Positions 36,735 to 47,121 of a stretch of 64,000 bases of DNA are shown here, piece after piece. The first letter of the stretch is position 1. The number at the start of each line of letters is the position of its first letter. The translations under genes and the position numbers were made by a program. The stretch is from an uncultured Puniceicoccaceae bacterium (lineage in GTDB: Bacteria; Verrucomicrobiota; Verrucomicrobiia; Opitutales; Oceanipulchritudinaceae): positions 60,287 to 124,286 of the forward strand of contig CAWVVV010000005.1 of assembly GCA_963933835.1 (NCBI GenBank), in the 5' to 3' direction. A model generated the notes under the pieces. That model saw only the letters and a program-made list of their open reading frames with translations, had not been told where the DNA came from and ran no database searches.

Positions 36735-38060
36735 CTACTGGAAGCGGCGGGCAGCGGCAACAAATCGACGAACCGCTTCGCGCAGTGCATCAGGTGCCAG
36801 CACTCCAAAACTCAGGCGGACGAAGTTACGCGGCTCACCCTGAGCAAAGCACAAGTCTCCCGGCACATAGGTGACATCGCTTTCGAGACACGCGTTCCAA
36901 AATTCTGAGTCGAGCGACGTATCCAAACCCTCCGGCCCTTTCGCCCATAGAAGTAGACCACCCACCGGCGCCTCCCAGCTCCATCCCAGATCTTGAAGGC
37001 CTTCACTGCGTAAGGCCGCTTCAAAGATCGCGTGCTTCTCAGCGTAGTGAGCGCGTTGCGTAATCAAATGGCGTTCGAAACTACCGGCCGAAATCGCTTC
37101 CTCGATGAGGGCTTGGCTATAGTTCGCGGTGCCGAAGTCGTGGTGACCCTTGATCCGAGCCAAGTGAGCAATCCAGTCTTGGTCGTGACTGACAGCGTAA
37201 CCGACCTTCAAACCCGTTGCATAGGGTTTCGTGAAAGTGCCCGCGAGCATTGCGGGTAACCCGGCCCACTCAGGCAGTGAAAGGACAGTGCGCGACGGCC
37301 AAGGTTCATCGTAATAAATATCTCGATATGCGACGTCTTCGATAACGGGGAGCGACCAACCCAGCCCTCCGACGAATCGCCCTAGCGCGCATTTGTCTTC
37401 TTCGAGCCATGAGCGAGCACTCGGATTCGCAAAAACGCCCATGAAGTAGAGCAGCTTCACCCGGTCCAAATCACCTTTGCTTTTCAGATCAGCGAAGAGT
37501 GTTTCAAGTCCCGCAATATCGATGCCGCCAGAGGCTGTCGTCGGCATCGACACCGGACGGAGACCAAGGCCCTTCAAGAGTTCAAGAAAGACAAAATACG
37601 TCGGCGCCTCGACGAGAACAATATCGCCCGGATCGCAGAAAAGCTGCGCGCTCATATAGAGCGACTGCTGCGAACCGTTTGAGATCAAAACGTTCTTCGG
37701 CCCCAATGCGATCTCGCCTTCTCCGGGGTAGCTTGCAAGTCGCTCGACGACTTGTTCGCGCAAGCGAGGGCGGCCCTGATTCACGCCGTATTGGAGGTAG
37801 CTCTGCGAGGGGTCATCTTGAAGTAGCTGACGTGCACTGTCGGCCACGATCTGAGCAGGCAGAACGGTATTGTCGGTGAACCCAGCGGCTAGGCTCAGCA
37901 GCTTCGGACGAGCCAGTGCCTGCGTCATTAGCTGCGTGATAACGGGTTCATTCTTGGCTACGCGCTCACCGAGAATCGAGAGACGGGCCTTCAACTGTGC
38001 GCTACGTTCCATTTTCATCAGCTCACCGATTGGAGGGTCGCAGAGCAACCATGGAGACAC
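36735..38060 (-). CDS. PLP-dependent aminotransferase (class I, 2-aminoadipate transaminase-like)
   Basis: Motifs LSLAAG, LQYG, NGSQQ, EAPTY, FANP, IEDVAY, GTFTK..GLKVGY, RLSFG. True start is probably a later Met. Confidence 0.88.
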   Translation of the reverse strand: MSPWLLCDPPIGELMKMERSAQLKARLSILGERVAKNEPVITQLMTQALARPKLLSLAAGFTDNTVLPAQIVADSARQLLQDDPSQSYLQYGVNQGRPRLREQVVERLASYPGEGEIALGPKNVLISNGSQQSLYMSAQLFCDPGDIVLVEAPTYFVFLELLKGLGLRPVSMPTTASGGIDIAGLETLFADLKSKGDLDRVKLLYFMGVFANPSARSWLEEDKCALGRFVGGLGWSLPVIEDVAYRDIYYDEPWPSRTVLSLPEWAGLPAMLAGTFTKPYATGLKVGYAVSHDQDWIAHLARIKGHHDFGTANYSQALIEEAISAGSFERHLITQRAHYAEKHAIFEAALRSEGLQDLGWSWEAPVGGLLLWAKGPEGLDTSLDSEFWNACLESDVTYVPGDLCFAQGEPRNFVRLSFGVLAPDALREAVRRFVAAARRFQ

Positions 38061-38090
38061 GCGGGCTGCTCCCGTGTCAGCGATCTATCA

Positions 38091-38912
38091 TTGCCCTCAC
38101 TCTCGCCCTTTTACAAAACCGAGACCGTGATCAATATCCTCAAGACACTTCTTATCGCGGGCGGGATTGCCTACATCGGTCTGATCGCCTCCGCCCTCTG
38201 GATCACGCCCCGCTTACTCTATCCGGCCCCTGAAAGCGGCTACAGAATGGGCGAACCCTACGAATTCATCGACGTCGATGGGGGCGAACGTATTGCGATG
38301 ATCTATCTTCCCAAGGAAGGCGCTACCGAGCTCATCCTCTTTCACCATGGCAACGGCGAAGATCTCTCCCACTTAGAGGGACGCTTCGAAGACTTTAACG
38401 CCAGAGGCTTTGCTGTCCTCTCCTGCGATTACCCCAGCTACGGCCACAGTGACGGCACTCCGAATGAAGAAAGCCTCTACCGTTCGGGCGACGCGATCTG
38501 GAATCATGCCATAGAGGAGCTCGGTTGGAAACCGTCACAGATTATTCACTACGGCTACTCACTTGGCTCCGGTGTAGCCTTTGAACTCGCGACCCACCAC
38601 CCTGCTCGCGCTGTGGTGATCGAGGGGGCATTCAAAAGTATTTTTCGCCTCTACACGGTCGTCCGCCTCTTACCATGGGAGCTGTTCAACAACATTGCCA
38701 AAGTCAATGAGCTCCAAGCGCCCTTGCTCGTCGTCCATGGAACGGAGGATGTTACGGTTCCGTTTTCTAATGGCGTAGCCCTTGCCAAGGCCGGCCCAGA
38801 GGGCACGCGCTTCGTCATCGCCGAAGGTGCTGGCCACGCCGACGTATGGGACACCCTAGGCGAAGAGTTTTGGACTGAACTCAACAGTTTCCTCAGCACA
38901 ACCCAACCGTAG
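38091..38912 (+). CDS. Alpha/beta hydrolase
   Basis: HGNGE, GYSLG nucleophile elbow, HGTED, GAGH. Start is probably the GTG near 38127. Confidence 0.88.
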   Translation: MPSLSPFYKTETVINILKTLLIAGGIAYIGLIASALWITPRLLYPAPESGYRMGEPYEFIDVDGGERIAMIYLPKEGATELILFHHGNGEDLSHLEGRFEDFNARGFAVLSCDYPSYGHSDGTPNEESLYRSGDAIWNHAIEELGWKPSQIIHYGYSLGSGVAFELATHHPARAVVIEGAFKSIFRLYTVVRLLPWELFNNIAKVNELQAPLLVVHGTEDVTVPFSNGVALAKAGPEGTRFVIAEGAGHADVWDTLGEEFWTELNSFLSTTQP

Positions 38913-38924
38913 GAGATACTCACT

Positions 38925-39461
38925 ATGCCAAACGTCCTCGTTGTCCTCGCCGAAGGCTTTGAAGAAATGGAAGCCATCGCGCCGATCGATTTACTTCGCC
39001 GCGCTGAAGCGGAAGTCACCATCGCTAGTATTGGAGCGTTGGAACTCATTGGTCGCAGCCGTATCCGACTCACCGCCGAACAGACCCTGGCAAACGTCGA
39101 AGACAAAACCTTCGACCTCATCGTCATCCCCGGCGGGCCAGCCTTTAAGTTTCTCCGCCAAAACCTCCGCCTCCGCGCCCTCCTGCAACGACACGCAGAA
39201 GAAGGTAAAATGCTCGCGGCGATCTGCGCTGCGCCTACCACGCTCTTCGACGCAGGCCTACTCGAAGGCCGTGCCTACACCGCTCATTTCACCGTCTGCG
39301 ACGAGTTGACCCAGATCGACAAAGCGCAAGCAGTCGTCGAAGACGGCCCCATCATCACCTCACAGGGCGCAGGCACCGCGACTGAGTTTGGCCTCACCCT
39401 CGTGAAAAGACTTTTCGGCAAAGAAAAAGCCGATGCCATCGCAGCCTCGATTTGCGTTTAG
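38925..39461 (+). CDS. DJ-1/YajL/ThiJ family protein
   Basis: Motifs GFEEMEA, DLLRRA, IPGG, AAICAAP, ITSQGAGTA. Confidence 0.92.
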   Translation: MPNVLVVLAEGFEEMEAIAPIDLLRRAEAEVTIASIGALELIGRSRIRLTAEQTLANVEDKTFDLIVIPGGPAFKFLRQNLRLRALLQRHAEEGKMLAAICAAPTTLFDAGLLEGRAYTAHFTVCDELTQIDKAQAVVEDGPIITSQGAGTATEFGLTLVKRLFGKEKADAIAASICV

Positions 39462-39490
39462 CTAGCTGCTGGGCCAATTGTTTTCCTAGC

Positions 39491-40690
39491 TTACTTCATC
39501 GCCGCAAAGTCGGCCATGGAGCAGTCGCCCCAGACCTCTGGGCTGAGGACTTCTTGGCTGCCCGTGAGTGTATCCAGAATTGCGAGACGGCTTCGGCCCT
39601 TGGAGCGCTGGGTGTAGAGGAGATGGCGACCATCTGAAAGCCAGACGGGCTCCACTGCATCGCCTCGACCGCGCGTCAAAATTTTGGCAGCGGACGCACC
39701 CATCTCGTAGAGGCAGATTTCGAACTCTCTCCCTACAGCGGCGGTGAAGGCAATTTGCTTTGCGTCGCGCGGATTCCACGTTGGCTCACTGCAGTTGCGA
39801 CTCACATTCGTCGGCAGACGGCGGCGGCTGGTGCCGTCAGCATTGGCGACAAAGATTTGCGGGCGGCCTAGCTCATCTGAGGCAAAGGTCAGTTGCCGTC
39901 CGTCAGGCGACCATGATGGATCGGCTTCGAGCGCCGTGGTTCTCGTCAGTCGCTGCCACTGGTCACCATTCTTCGAACTCGTAAAAAGCTCGGCGTTGCC
40001 ATCGATGCTGATCACGAGCGCAACCTGCTGACCATTTGGGCTGAAAGTGGCGCCGGTGTTCGTTCCGCGAAAGCCGGAAAAAAGAGACAACTTCTTCGAG
40101 CTCATATTGACCGAATACATATCCGGGAATCCGTTGCGGTAGTAACTGGTGTAGAGCAGTTGGTCACCCGATGGCGAAATCGCTGGCAGGAGAGAGTCAG
40201 CACCGTGGCGCGTCAGCTGGAGGCGCGCCCGCATCAAAAGGTCAGCGACATAAACTTCTGCGTGGCCCGAAGTCGTCGAAATGAAAGCCACCCGCCCAGA
40301 GAAAAAGCCGGGGCGGTTCGTCGTTCGCAAAACGGCGGTGTCGGCGGCCGAGGCCGCGGCGGCAAAGAGATCGTCTCCTGCAAAACGCTGGCGTAAAAGC
40401 TCTTTTCCAGAGCTCACGATGACGAGGTCGAGCGCCTGTTCACTGATTGCCTCGAATCGAAAAACAAAATGCGGGCGACCAGACGAGACCAACTCAAAGG
40501 CACCATGGAGCGTGAATGCGCGCTCGATATAATTCTTAAGCTCGGGCTGATCACTCTCGACCCGGATGCTTAGCAAGTCGCGGGCGACGGTGCCAGTGAT
40601 GTCACGAATCTGGCCATCAGCGACTTGAGCCGAAAGCAAAGCCGGCAAAGCAAAAATGAGGAGGTAAATTAGTTTGAATCCAAAGCGCAT
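39491..40690 (-). CDS. tolB: TolB-like beta-propeller periplasmic protein
   Basis: Signal peptide; PD40-type repeats (SPSG, FSPNG, WSPDG, WNP, WLSDG); RVAFIS. No pal or tolA adjacent. Confidence 0.8.
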   Translation of the reverse strand: MRFGFKLIYLLIFALPALLSAQVADGQIRDITGTVARDLLSIRVESDQPELKNYIERAFTLHGAFELVSSGRPHFVFRFEAISEQALDLVIVSSGKELLRQRFAGDDLFAAAASAADTAVLRTTNRPGFFSGRVAFISTTSGHAEVYVADLLMRARLQLTRHGADSLLPAISPSGDQLLYTSYYRNGFPDMYSVNMSSKKLSLFSGFRGTNTGATFSPNGQQVALVISIDGNAELFTSSKNGDQWQRLTRTTALEADPSWSPDGRQLTFASDELGRPQIFVANADGTSRRRLPTNVSRNCSEPTWNPRDAKQIAFTAAVGREFEICLYEMGASAAKILTRGRGDAVEPVWLSDGRHLLYTQRSKGRSRLAILDTLTGSQEVLSPEVWGDCSMADFAAMK

Positions 40691-40864
40691 AGTTCCTTTC
40701 AGCGAATCATGACCAACCAGAGGATCAAGGCCGATCGCATCTATTGAGTGTGGACGACGATGAATCGGGAAGTGTTCAAGGGTGTTAAAATCTCTTTTTC
40801 ACCTAAGAGAGTTGCTCCTGCATTCACGCGTCACAACCTTCCTAGGTTTTTAGACACTTAATTA

Positions 40865-41941
40865 ATGACCGCTCACCCAGACTCCCTTCGAGAAAAGCTT
40901 ACTTCGATTAAGTATCCCGGTTTCAGCCGCGATATCGTTTCCTTTGGACTAGTGAAAGATATCGCCTTTGCGGATGGTGTCGCGCGGGTGCAATTGGAGA
41001 TCACGACGAAGGACCCTAAAGTCGCTCCCCAGCTCCGAGACGAAATTCAAGCCGCTCTCGAGCCAGAGGACGGCGTTGATCAGGTCGACGTAGAGATCAC
41101 AGTGCTCGCGCCCAAAGGTACTCCTGGCGGCAGTGGATCTGGTGGCGATGCACAGCAAGGCATCCCCGGGGTGAAATATGTCATCGCCGTCGCCAGCGGA
41201 AAGGGAGGCGTCGGGAAATCAACCTTCGCGGTCAATCTCGCCTGCGCGCTCGACGAATTGCTACATGAAAAGAAAGGGGCCTCTATCGGCCTCCTCGACT
41301 GTGACATTTATGGCCCTTCGGTGCCGCTCATGATGGGCGTCGGAACGCGCCCCGAAGTCGAGGGCGACAAGATCATTCCGCCGGGAAACTACGGCATCCG
41401 CTGCATGTCGATGGGCTTACTCGTCGATGATGAAGCCCCCGTCGTCTGGCGTGGCCCGATGATCAATCAGGCGATTCAGCAGTTTGCCGGGAACGTAAAA
41501 TGGGGAGCGCTCGAAATTCTAGTGGTCGATCTTCCACCCGGCACAGGAGACGCTCAACTCTCACTCGTGCAAACCATTCCCGTAACTGGGGCGGTCATCA
41601 TCACGACCCCACAGCTTGCCGCCGTAAACGTCGCTCGCCGCGGCGCTCGGATGTTTAGCAAAGTCAACGTCCCGATTGTCGGCGTAGCTGAGAATATGAG
41701 TTACCTCGAGATGCCAGACGGCTCGAAACAACATATCTTCGGCGAAGGGGGTGGCGCCGAAACCGCGACCGCACTGGAGACTTCACTCCTCGGGCAGGTA
41801 CCGCTCGATGCAGCGATCCGCGAAGGCGGCGACCGCGGCATTCCAATCGTCAAAGGTCAGCCTCAAAGCACTGCAGCTCAGACATTTAAGAAAGTTGCCG
41901 AGCAGATAATTGCATTCTTAGAGACAAAGAAGGCTTCGTAA
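40865..41941 (+). CDS. mrp: Mrp/ApbC (NBP35 family) Fe-S carrier ATPase
   Basis: N-terminal DUF59-like domain, ASGKGGVGKST, DIYGPS, WRGPM, DLPPGTGD, ENMS. Confidence 0.93.
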   Translation: MTAHPDSLREKLTSIKYPGFSRDIVSFGLVKDIAFADGVARVQLEITTKDPKVAPQLRDEIQAALEPEDGVDQVDVEITVLAPKGTPGGSGSGGDAQQGIPGVKYVIAVASGKGGVGKSTFAVNLACALDELLHEKKGASIGLLDCDIYGPSVPLMMGVGTRPEVEGDKIIPPGNYGIRCMSMGLLVDDEAPVVWRGPMINQAIQQFAGNVKWGALEILVVDLPPGTGDAQLSLVQTIPVTGAVIITTPQLAAVNVARRGARMFSKVNVPIVGVAENMSYLEMPDGSKQHIFGEGGGAETATALETSLLGQVPLDAAIREGGDRGIPIVKGQPQSTAAQTFKKVAEQIIAFLETKKAS

Positions 41942-42133
41942 ACGCCTTTAAGCCAACGGCGTCAATATGCCGTCGTTACCTCCATACGGAAAAAAGTAAC
42001 AATCTTCCCAATTTAATGAATATTTGCTCAACCGTCAAAAAGACTCGTATTATGACGCATTTCGCACATCTTTAACAGAGATAATAGAAAACTAATATTC
42101 CGTTTGATGTCTTAAAAACCAAAGCCCGAGCCT

Positions 42134-42343
42134 ATGCCCCCATTGGCCTCAAACCAAATTCTTAAGAACTCTAGCCTGTATCAGGAGTTCCTCGCTGAGC
42201 GTGACGAAATCTTACGCCACAAATGGCTCGAGTCTGAAAAGACTGGAACCGACATCGGTTTTGAACGGGCTCTTTTAGACTGGATCCGGCAACATCGCGA
42301 CGAATGGCGCGAGTCTCAGCGTCAAGCCCGCGACACGATCTAG
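42134..42343 (+). CDS. Small conserved hypothetical protein (DUF4032-like)
   Basis: EILRHKWLESEKTGTDIGFERALLDW motif; has its own AT-rich upstream region and a downstream terminator. Confidence 0.7.
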   Translation: MPPLASNQILKNSSLYQEFLAERDEILRHKWLESEKTGTDIGFERALLDWIRQHRDEWRESQRQARDTI

Positions 42344-42367
42344 CGCCAAGCGCTGATAATTTTGCAG

Positions 42368-42401
42368 AAAAAAACCACTGGCTTCAAACCAGTGGTTTTT
42401 T
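42368..42401. terminator. Bidirectional intrinsic terminator
   Basis: AAAAAACCACTGG-cttcaaa-CCAGTGGTTTTTT perfect inverted repeat between convergent genes. Confidence 0.88.
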
Positions 42402-42424
42402 CGTAAAGTGAACTCAGACCGCGA

Positions 42425-42592
42425 CTACTTGATTTCGCGGTGCAGGGTGTGACGCCGCAGAGATGGGTTATATTTCTTTTTCTCAATGCGACCTTGTTGC
42501 TGCTTCTTATCGCGGGAGGAGTTGTAGCGTGAGACTGGCTTGCCCTCGGCACGAGCTTCGGTGCATTCGAGAATAATATGTTCGCGTGGCAT
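42425..42592 (-). CDS. rpmG: 50S ribosomal protein L33
   Basis: [13 protein letters not shown]...[21 protein letters not shown] from ATG 42592. Confidence 0.95.
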   Translation of the reverse strand: MPREHIILECTEARAEGKPVSRYNSSRDKKQQQGRIEKKKYNPSLRRHTLHREIK

Positions 42593-42726
42593 TTTGAAAA
42601 ATGGGTTTAAAGTGGAAAACGTCGGAAAAAGAAGACTTGTTAGATCGTCGGCAAGGAAAAACCCTTCACTCCTCACCGACACGTGCAATTTGCCTCTCCA
42701 ACGCATAGGACACTTTTACGCGCCTC

Positions 42727-43824
42727 ATGACCACTGACCAGCCACACTTCGATCAGCCAAAACCCTTCGGAAAGACTGCCCAAGGCCAAGAAACCGAACT
42801 TTACTGCCTCAGCTTAGAGGGCCGGCTCTCTGTTCTAATCACGACTTACGGAGGCATCGTAACACAAGTTTGGGCTCCAGATCGGGACGGAAATTTCGCA
42901 GACGTCGTTCTCGGATTCAACGAACTCTCTGAATATGAGGCCAACTCACCCTATTTCGGAGCCATTATTGGTCGGGTCGCAAATCGCATTGCAAAGGGCC
43001 AGTTCAAGCTCAGAGGGAAATCCTACGAGTTGGCCAAAAATCAAGCCCATGCCGACCAGCCCTGTCATCTTCACGGCGGCGATCAGGGCTTCGATAAAGC
43101 GGTATGGAGCGTGGATACTTATCGAAACGACGAGAGCCCTCTTCTAAAGCTCAGTTACCGGTCAGTTGATGGAGAAGAAGGCTACCCCGGAAACCTTCAA
43201 ATCATCGTGTCATATTCGCTCACTCCAGAAGGAACACTGGCAATTGAGTATGAGGCCACGACAGATGCGACGACGATTGTAAATCTGACAAACCACAGCT
43301 ACTTTAATCTCAAGGGCGAAGGGCAAGGCACGATCCTCGATCATCAGCTCGAAATTAAATCAGATAGCTTCACCCCTGTAGCAGAAAATCTGATACCAAC
43401 GGGAGAAATCCGCTCAGTTGAAAATACCCCGTTCGATTTCCGCGAAGCAAAGACGATCGGCCAAGACATAGATCACAATGACGAACAGATCCAATTCGCT
43501 GACGGATTTGATCACAACTACGTCCTCAGGGGTTCGCTCAGTTGGCTCAGAAACGTAGCCCTCGTAACTGAACCCGATTCTGGCCGTATCCTAGAAGTCT
43601 ACACGACTAAGCCGGGCATGCAGTTCTACACTGCGAATTCCCTTCAAGGAGCGCCTGGGAAAAGCGGCAAGCCCTACGTGAAGCAAGGTGCTTTCTGTCT
43701 CGAAACCCAAGGTTTCCCTGACGCCCCGAATCAAAAAGATTTCCCTAGCATCGAGCTCCTCCCCGACGAAATCTACCGTTCACAAACGCCCTACCGTTTT
43801 TCGACGGATCGGCCCCAAGAATAA
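42727..43824 (+). CDS. galM: Aldose 1-epimerase (mutarotase)
   Basis: Motifs DVVLGF, GRVANRI, LHGG, GYPGNL, NLTNHSYFNL, FDHNY, CLETQ. Confidence 0.93.
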   Translation: MTTDQPHFDQPKPFGKTAQGQETELYCLSLEGRLSVLITTYGGIVTQVWAPDRDGNFADVVLGFNELSEYEANSPYFGAIIGRVANRIAKGQFKLRGKSYELAKNQAHADQPCHLHGGDQGFDKAVWSVDTYRNDESPLLKLSYRSVDGEEGYPGNLQIIVSYSLTPEGTLAIEYEATTDATTIVNLTNHSYFNLKGEGQGTILDHQLEIKSDSFTPVAENLIPTGEIRSVENTPFDFREAKTIGQDIDHNDEQIQFADGFDHNYVLRGSLSWLRNVALVTEPDSGRILEVYTTKPGMQFYTANSLQGAPGKSGKPYVKQGAFCLETQGFPDAPNQKDFPSIELLPDEIYRSQTPYRFSTDRPQE

Positions 43825-43831
43825 AGGGACG

Positions 43832-45004
43832 TCAGCCCTGTCCGCCGAGCATCCTCTGGACGAGCTCGTCGAGCTGTTTGTCGAGCGCAGGGCACTCATC
43901 ACCCTCAATCGGGACTCCAAATTCCTGGCCAAATCCGTCGAGCAAGACGAGCAACTCCTCATCATCGGAACGGAGTTTTGAAGGCAAAGCATCCACTTCA
44001 AAGATCGTGCGTTTGAGCATACGTCCAAGCAGCCGTGGGCGCTCAGCAACTTTACCAACTTCGGCGGTAAGGATACGGCCATGAGTGACATCGCGAATCG
44101 CCAAGATCTCGGTGTGGTGATAACGACTACCGGGCTGCCCCACGGGCACTCCCAAGCGGCGACCAATTTCCCATGTGCCTCGCCCTGGCTCCTCCATTAA
44201 GCGCTCCAAAGCGCGCCGTGTCAGATCTGGGAAATGCATCTTCGGCTGCGGAAGATCTCTAACCTCAAAGGTTTCGCGGTAAAACGCTCCTACGTCCTCC
44301 ATCGGTCGCCAAATTGGAAAGTCCTCGATCTTTTGTTCATGCAACATGTGTCCGACCGCAAAATCCAGGTCCATTGCGTTCTCGTGCATGAAATCGATCA
44401 CCTTGTCTGTCGTGATTTCTTCACCGAGCACCTTCGTCGTAGCTTCATCGTCCGCTTCGGACAATTTGAGATAATCAAAGCGAATCATCTCCGGTACTGC
44501 CGAGGCAGTCACAAGAGCGTTCACGCAGGCTCTCAAAATGCGGAGAAAATTGCGCCCATCTTCAGCCTCCAAAAACCAAGGCAGCTCTCCAGGGGCCGCA
44601 CAGCGAAAAACGGGGCATGTCGAAGCACTTTTAATCTGACCGCACCCTGCTAAAGAGAGCAGTGCCTTATCTTCAGCTTCAATGTATCGCGGCTCATCAA
44701 ACTCGAGGCCGTACGAATGCAAGCGCATCATCGCATCACGACCTGCATCATCGCCATAAAAGTCATTCCGCAAGCGAGCGAGAAAATCGATTCCGAGGGC
44801 GCCCATATAAAACGAGAGACCAAGCACCTCGTCTTGCTCTCCGGGAATTGAGATCGCCACAGGCCAACCCATTTCAGGGTCTTCAATCGCAAATATGAGC
44901 TTTTCTTCAACCCAATCCCAGGGTGCTAAGGCCTTAATTTGCTCAGCCAAAGACACCAGTTCTTTGGCGAGCGCTTCGGGAAACTCTGCGTTCTCAATCG
45001 TCAT
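43832..45004 (-). CDS. Hypothetical acidic protein
   Basis: 390-aa ORF filling the gap between galM and the ATPase; no family recognised with confidence. Confidence 0.65.
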   Translation of the reverse strand: MTIENAEFPEALAKELVSLAEQIKALAPWDWVEEKLIFAIEDPEMGWPVAISIPGEQDEVLGLSFYMGALGIDFLARLRNDFYGDDAGRDAMMRLHSYGLEFDEPRYIEAEDKALLSLAGCGQIKSASTCPVFRCAAPGELPWFLEAEDGRNFLRILRACVNALVTASAVPEMIRFDYLKLSEADDEATTKVLGEEITTDKVIDFMHENAMDLDFAVGHMLHEQKIEDFPIWRPMEDVGAFYRETFEVRDLPQPKMHFPDLTRRALERLMEEPGRGTWEIGRRLGVPVGQPGSRYHHTEILAIRDVTHGRILTAEVGKVAERPRLLGRMLKRTIFEVDALPSKLRSDDEELLVLLDGFGQEFGVPIEGDECPALDKQLDELVQRMLGGQG

Positions 45005-45085
45005 GAATTCCAGCTTGCGCCGATATATTTTAGCATCGGTCAGGTTTCACAATCTTCCAAGCTCATTTGAAAATTCCGTAAGGAT

Positions 45086-47101
45086 TTGAAATCCAACCGT
45101 GCTCAAAGCATTGCTTCCGCGCTGATGGGCGGAAAGGCTCTACCACAACCCATGGCATACGGCGCAACAGAAGAGCCAGAAACACACGTATCGCGGCGAA
45201 GAGAAACCTCCCTCGTCGTCCTCGCCATTGTGTCGATGCTGACTGCCGTCGCAATCGAACTCTGGATGGGGTACCTGAGCATTGCTGCGATCGCAGGGTA
45301 CGCGCTCAGCTATATCGCCGGTGGCTATGATGGGGCCCGCTCCACGCTAAAGTCACTTCGCAAGGGTGATATCGATATCGATCTTCTAATGATTCTTGCT
45401 GCGCTAGGCGCCGCCGCGATCGGAGCACCCTTCGAAGGCGCGATGCTGCTGTCTCTCTTTTCCCTATCCAACCTACTTCAGCGTTTCGCCCTCGGACGCT
45501 CGCGCTCTGCCATTGCTGCCCTGAGTAAACTGAGACCGCAAACAGCGAGACTCAGACGGGGCGATAATTACGAAGAATTCCTACTTGAAGATGTCCAGAT
45601 CGGCGACGAACTGCTCATCCGCCCTGGCGAGCAGATCCCGCTTGATGCGTGCGTAAGCGAAGGGCACAGCAGCGTCGACCAAAGCTCGATCACAGGTGAA
45701 TCAATCTCGGCAAACAAGGCTGCGGGCGACGAGCTTTTCGCAGGGACTCAAAACCTAAATGGAAGCCTTCACGCGAAGGTATCGCGCCTCGCCTCGGACT
45801 CTACTCTCGCGCGCATGATAACCCTCGTCGAAGACGCTCAGTCCCAAAAAGCACAGACACAACGCTTTCTGGAAACAGCTGAGCGGCGCTACGCGGCAGG
45901 GGTCATTCTTTTCACTCTGATAGTCGCGGTCGTGCCGCCACTTCTCTTCGCCGGAGATTGGTCCACAAGTATTTACCGCGCCATTACAGTCATGGTCGTT
46001 GCCTCGCCCTGCGCCCTTGTCATCAGCACTCCAGCATCGATTCTGGCCGCGATCGCAAACGGAGCCCGCCACGGTATCCTATTCAAGGGCGGTGTGCCGC
46101 TCGAATATGCCGCTCGGGTCAAAGCGATTGCCTTTGATAAGACGGGGACGCTTACCACAGGCCAACCCATCGTCAAAGATCTCTGGCATGCACAGGAAGT
46201 CATTGAAAAGGATGCCCTCCTCCGCATCACCGCCTCGATCGAAGCCCGCTCGGAACACCCGCTCGCTGATGCGATCGTCCGCTACACAAGGGAGCAAAAT
46301 GTGGAGCGTGTGGCGGCTACGAATATCAAGGCCGATGTCGGCTCTGGATTACACGGAAGCATCGGGGAAGATACTTACGCAATTGGTAGCCGCCGATGGA
46401 TCGAAACAAACTTTGCGTGGTCAAAAGAGGCGTCAATTCAAGCAGACCTGTGGGCAAAAAGTGGATACACGATCATCGCGGTGGCACAAAAAGAAACACC
46501 GAGCAATCAAAGCACTTTACTCGGACTTTTCGCCCTCGCTGACGCCGTTCGGACGGAAGCCACTGCCGTGATCGAAGAGCTACGCAAAAATGGCATCCAA
46601 AATATCACTATGTTAACCGGCGACAGCGCAGCCGTGGCCCATTCGATCAGCGATAAATTGGGCCTTACGGAGGCGCACGCTGAACTACTCCCTGAAGGCA
46701 AAGTTCTACAGCTCAGAAAGATCGAAGAAGAGCAACCCACTGCCATGATCGGGGACGGGATCAACGACGCCCCGGCGCTAGCAAGCGCTAGCCTTGGCGT
46801 CGCGATGGGCGGCGCAGGCAACGACATCGCAATGCGGAGTGCAGACATTGTGCTGATGTCCAATGATCTGAAACAGATCCCCTACATTTTTCAGCTAAGC
46901 CAAGCAACGCGCCGGATCGTGTGGCAAAATCTCATTTTCGCGGGTAGCATTATCGCCGCAATGGTCGTCACGACTCTGGCCCTTCCCGTGATTTCGCCCC
47001 ATAGCGAGCTCCCGCTTACGCTCGGGGTGCTAGCTCACGAAGGCGGAACCGTCCTCGTCTGCCTCAATGGGCTCCGGCTGCTTTTCTGGCGGCCAAGCTG
47101 A
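45086..47101 (+). CDS. Heavy-metal P-type ATPase, P1B-4 subtype
   Basis: TGES, SPC in the TM helix, DKTGT, SEHP, GDGINDAP, HEGGT. SPC plus HEGGT is the P1B-4 (Co/Zn/Fe) signature. Confidence 0.92.
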   Translation: MKSNRAQSIASALMGGKALPQPMAYGATEEPETHVSRRRETSLVVLAIVSMLTAVAIELWMGYLSIAAIAGYALSYIAGGYDGARSTLKSLRKGDIDIDLLMILAALGAAAIGAPFEGAMLLSLFSLSNLLQRFALGRSRSAIAALSKLRPQTARLRRGDNYEEFLLEDVQIGDELLIRPGEQIPLDACVSEGHSSVDQSSITGESISANKAAGDELFAGTQNLNGSLHAKVSRLASDSTLARMITLVEDAQSQKAQTQRFLETAERRYAAGVILFTLIVAVVPPLLFAGDWSTSIYRAITVMVVASPCALVISTPASILAAIANGARHGILFKGGVPLEYAARVKAIAFDKTGTLTTGQPIVKDLWHAQEVIEKDALLRITASIEARSEHPLADAIVRYTREQNVERVAATNIKADVGSGLHGSIGEDTYAIGSRRWIETNFAWSKEASIQADLWAKSGYTIIAVAQKETPSNQSTLLGLFALADAVRTEATAVIEELRKNGIQNITMLTGDSAAVAHSISDKLGLTEAHAELLPEGKVLQLRKIEEEQPTAMIGDGINDAPALASASLGVAMGGAGNDIAMRSADIVLMSNDLKQIPYIFQLSQATRRIVWQNLIFAGSIIAAMVVTTLALPVISPHSELPLTLGVLAHEGGTVLVCLNGLRLLFWRPS

Positions 47102-47121
47102 GAACAGGGCCGTTTAAACCA

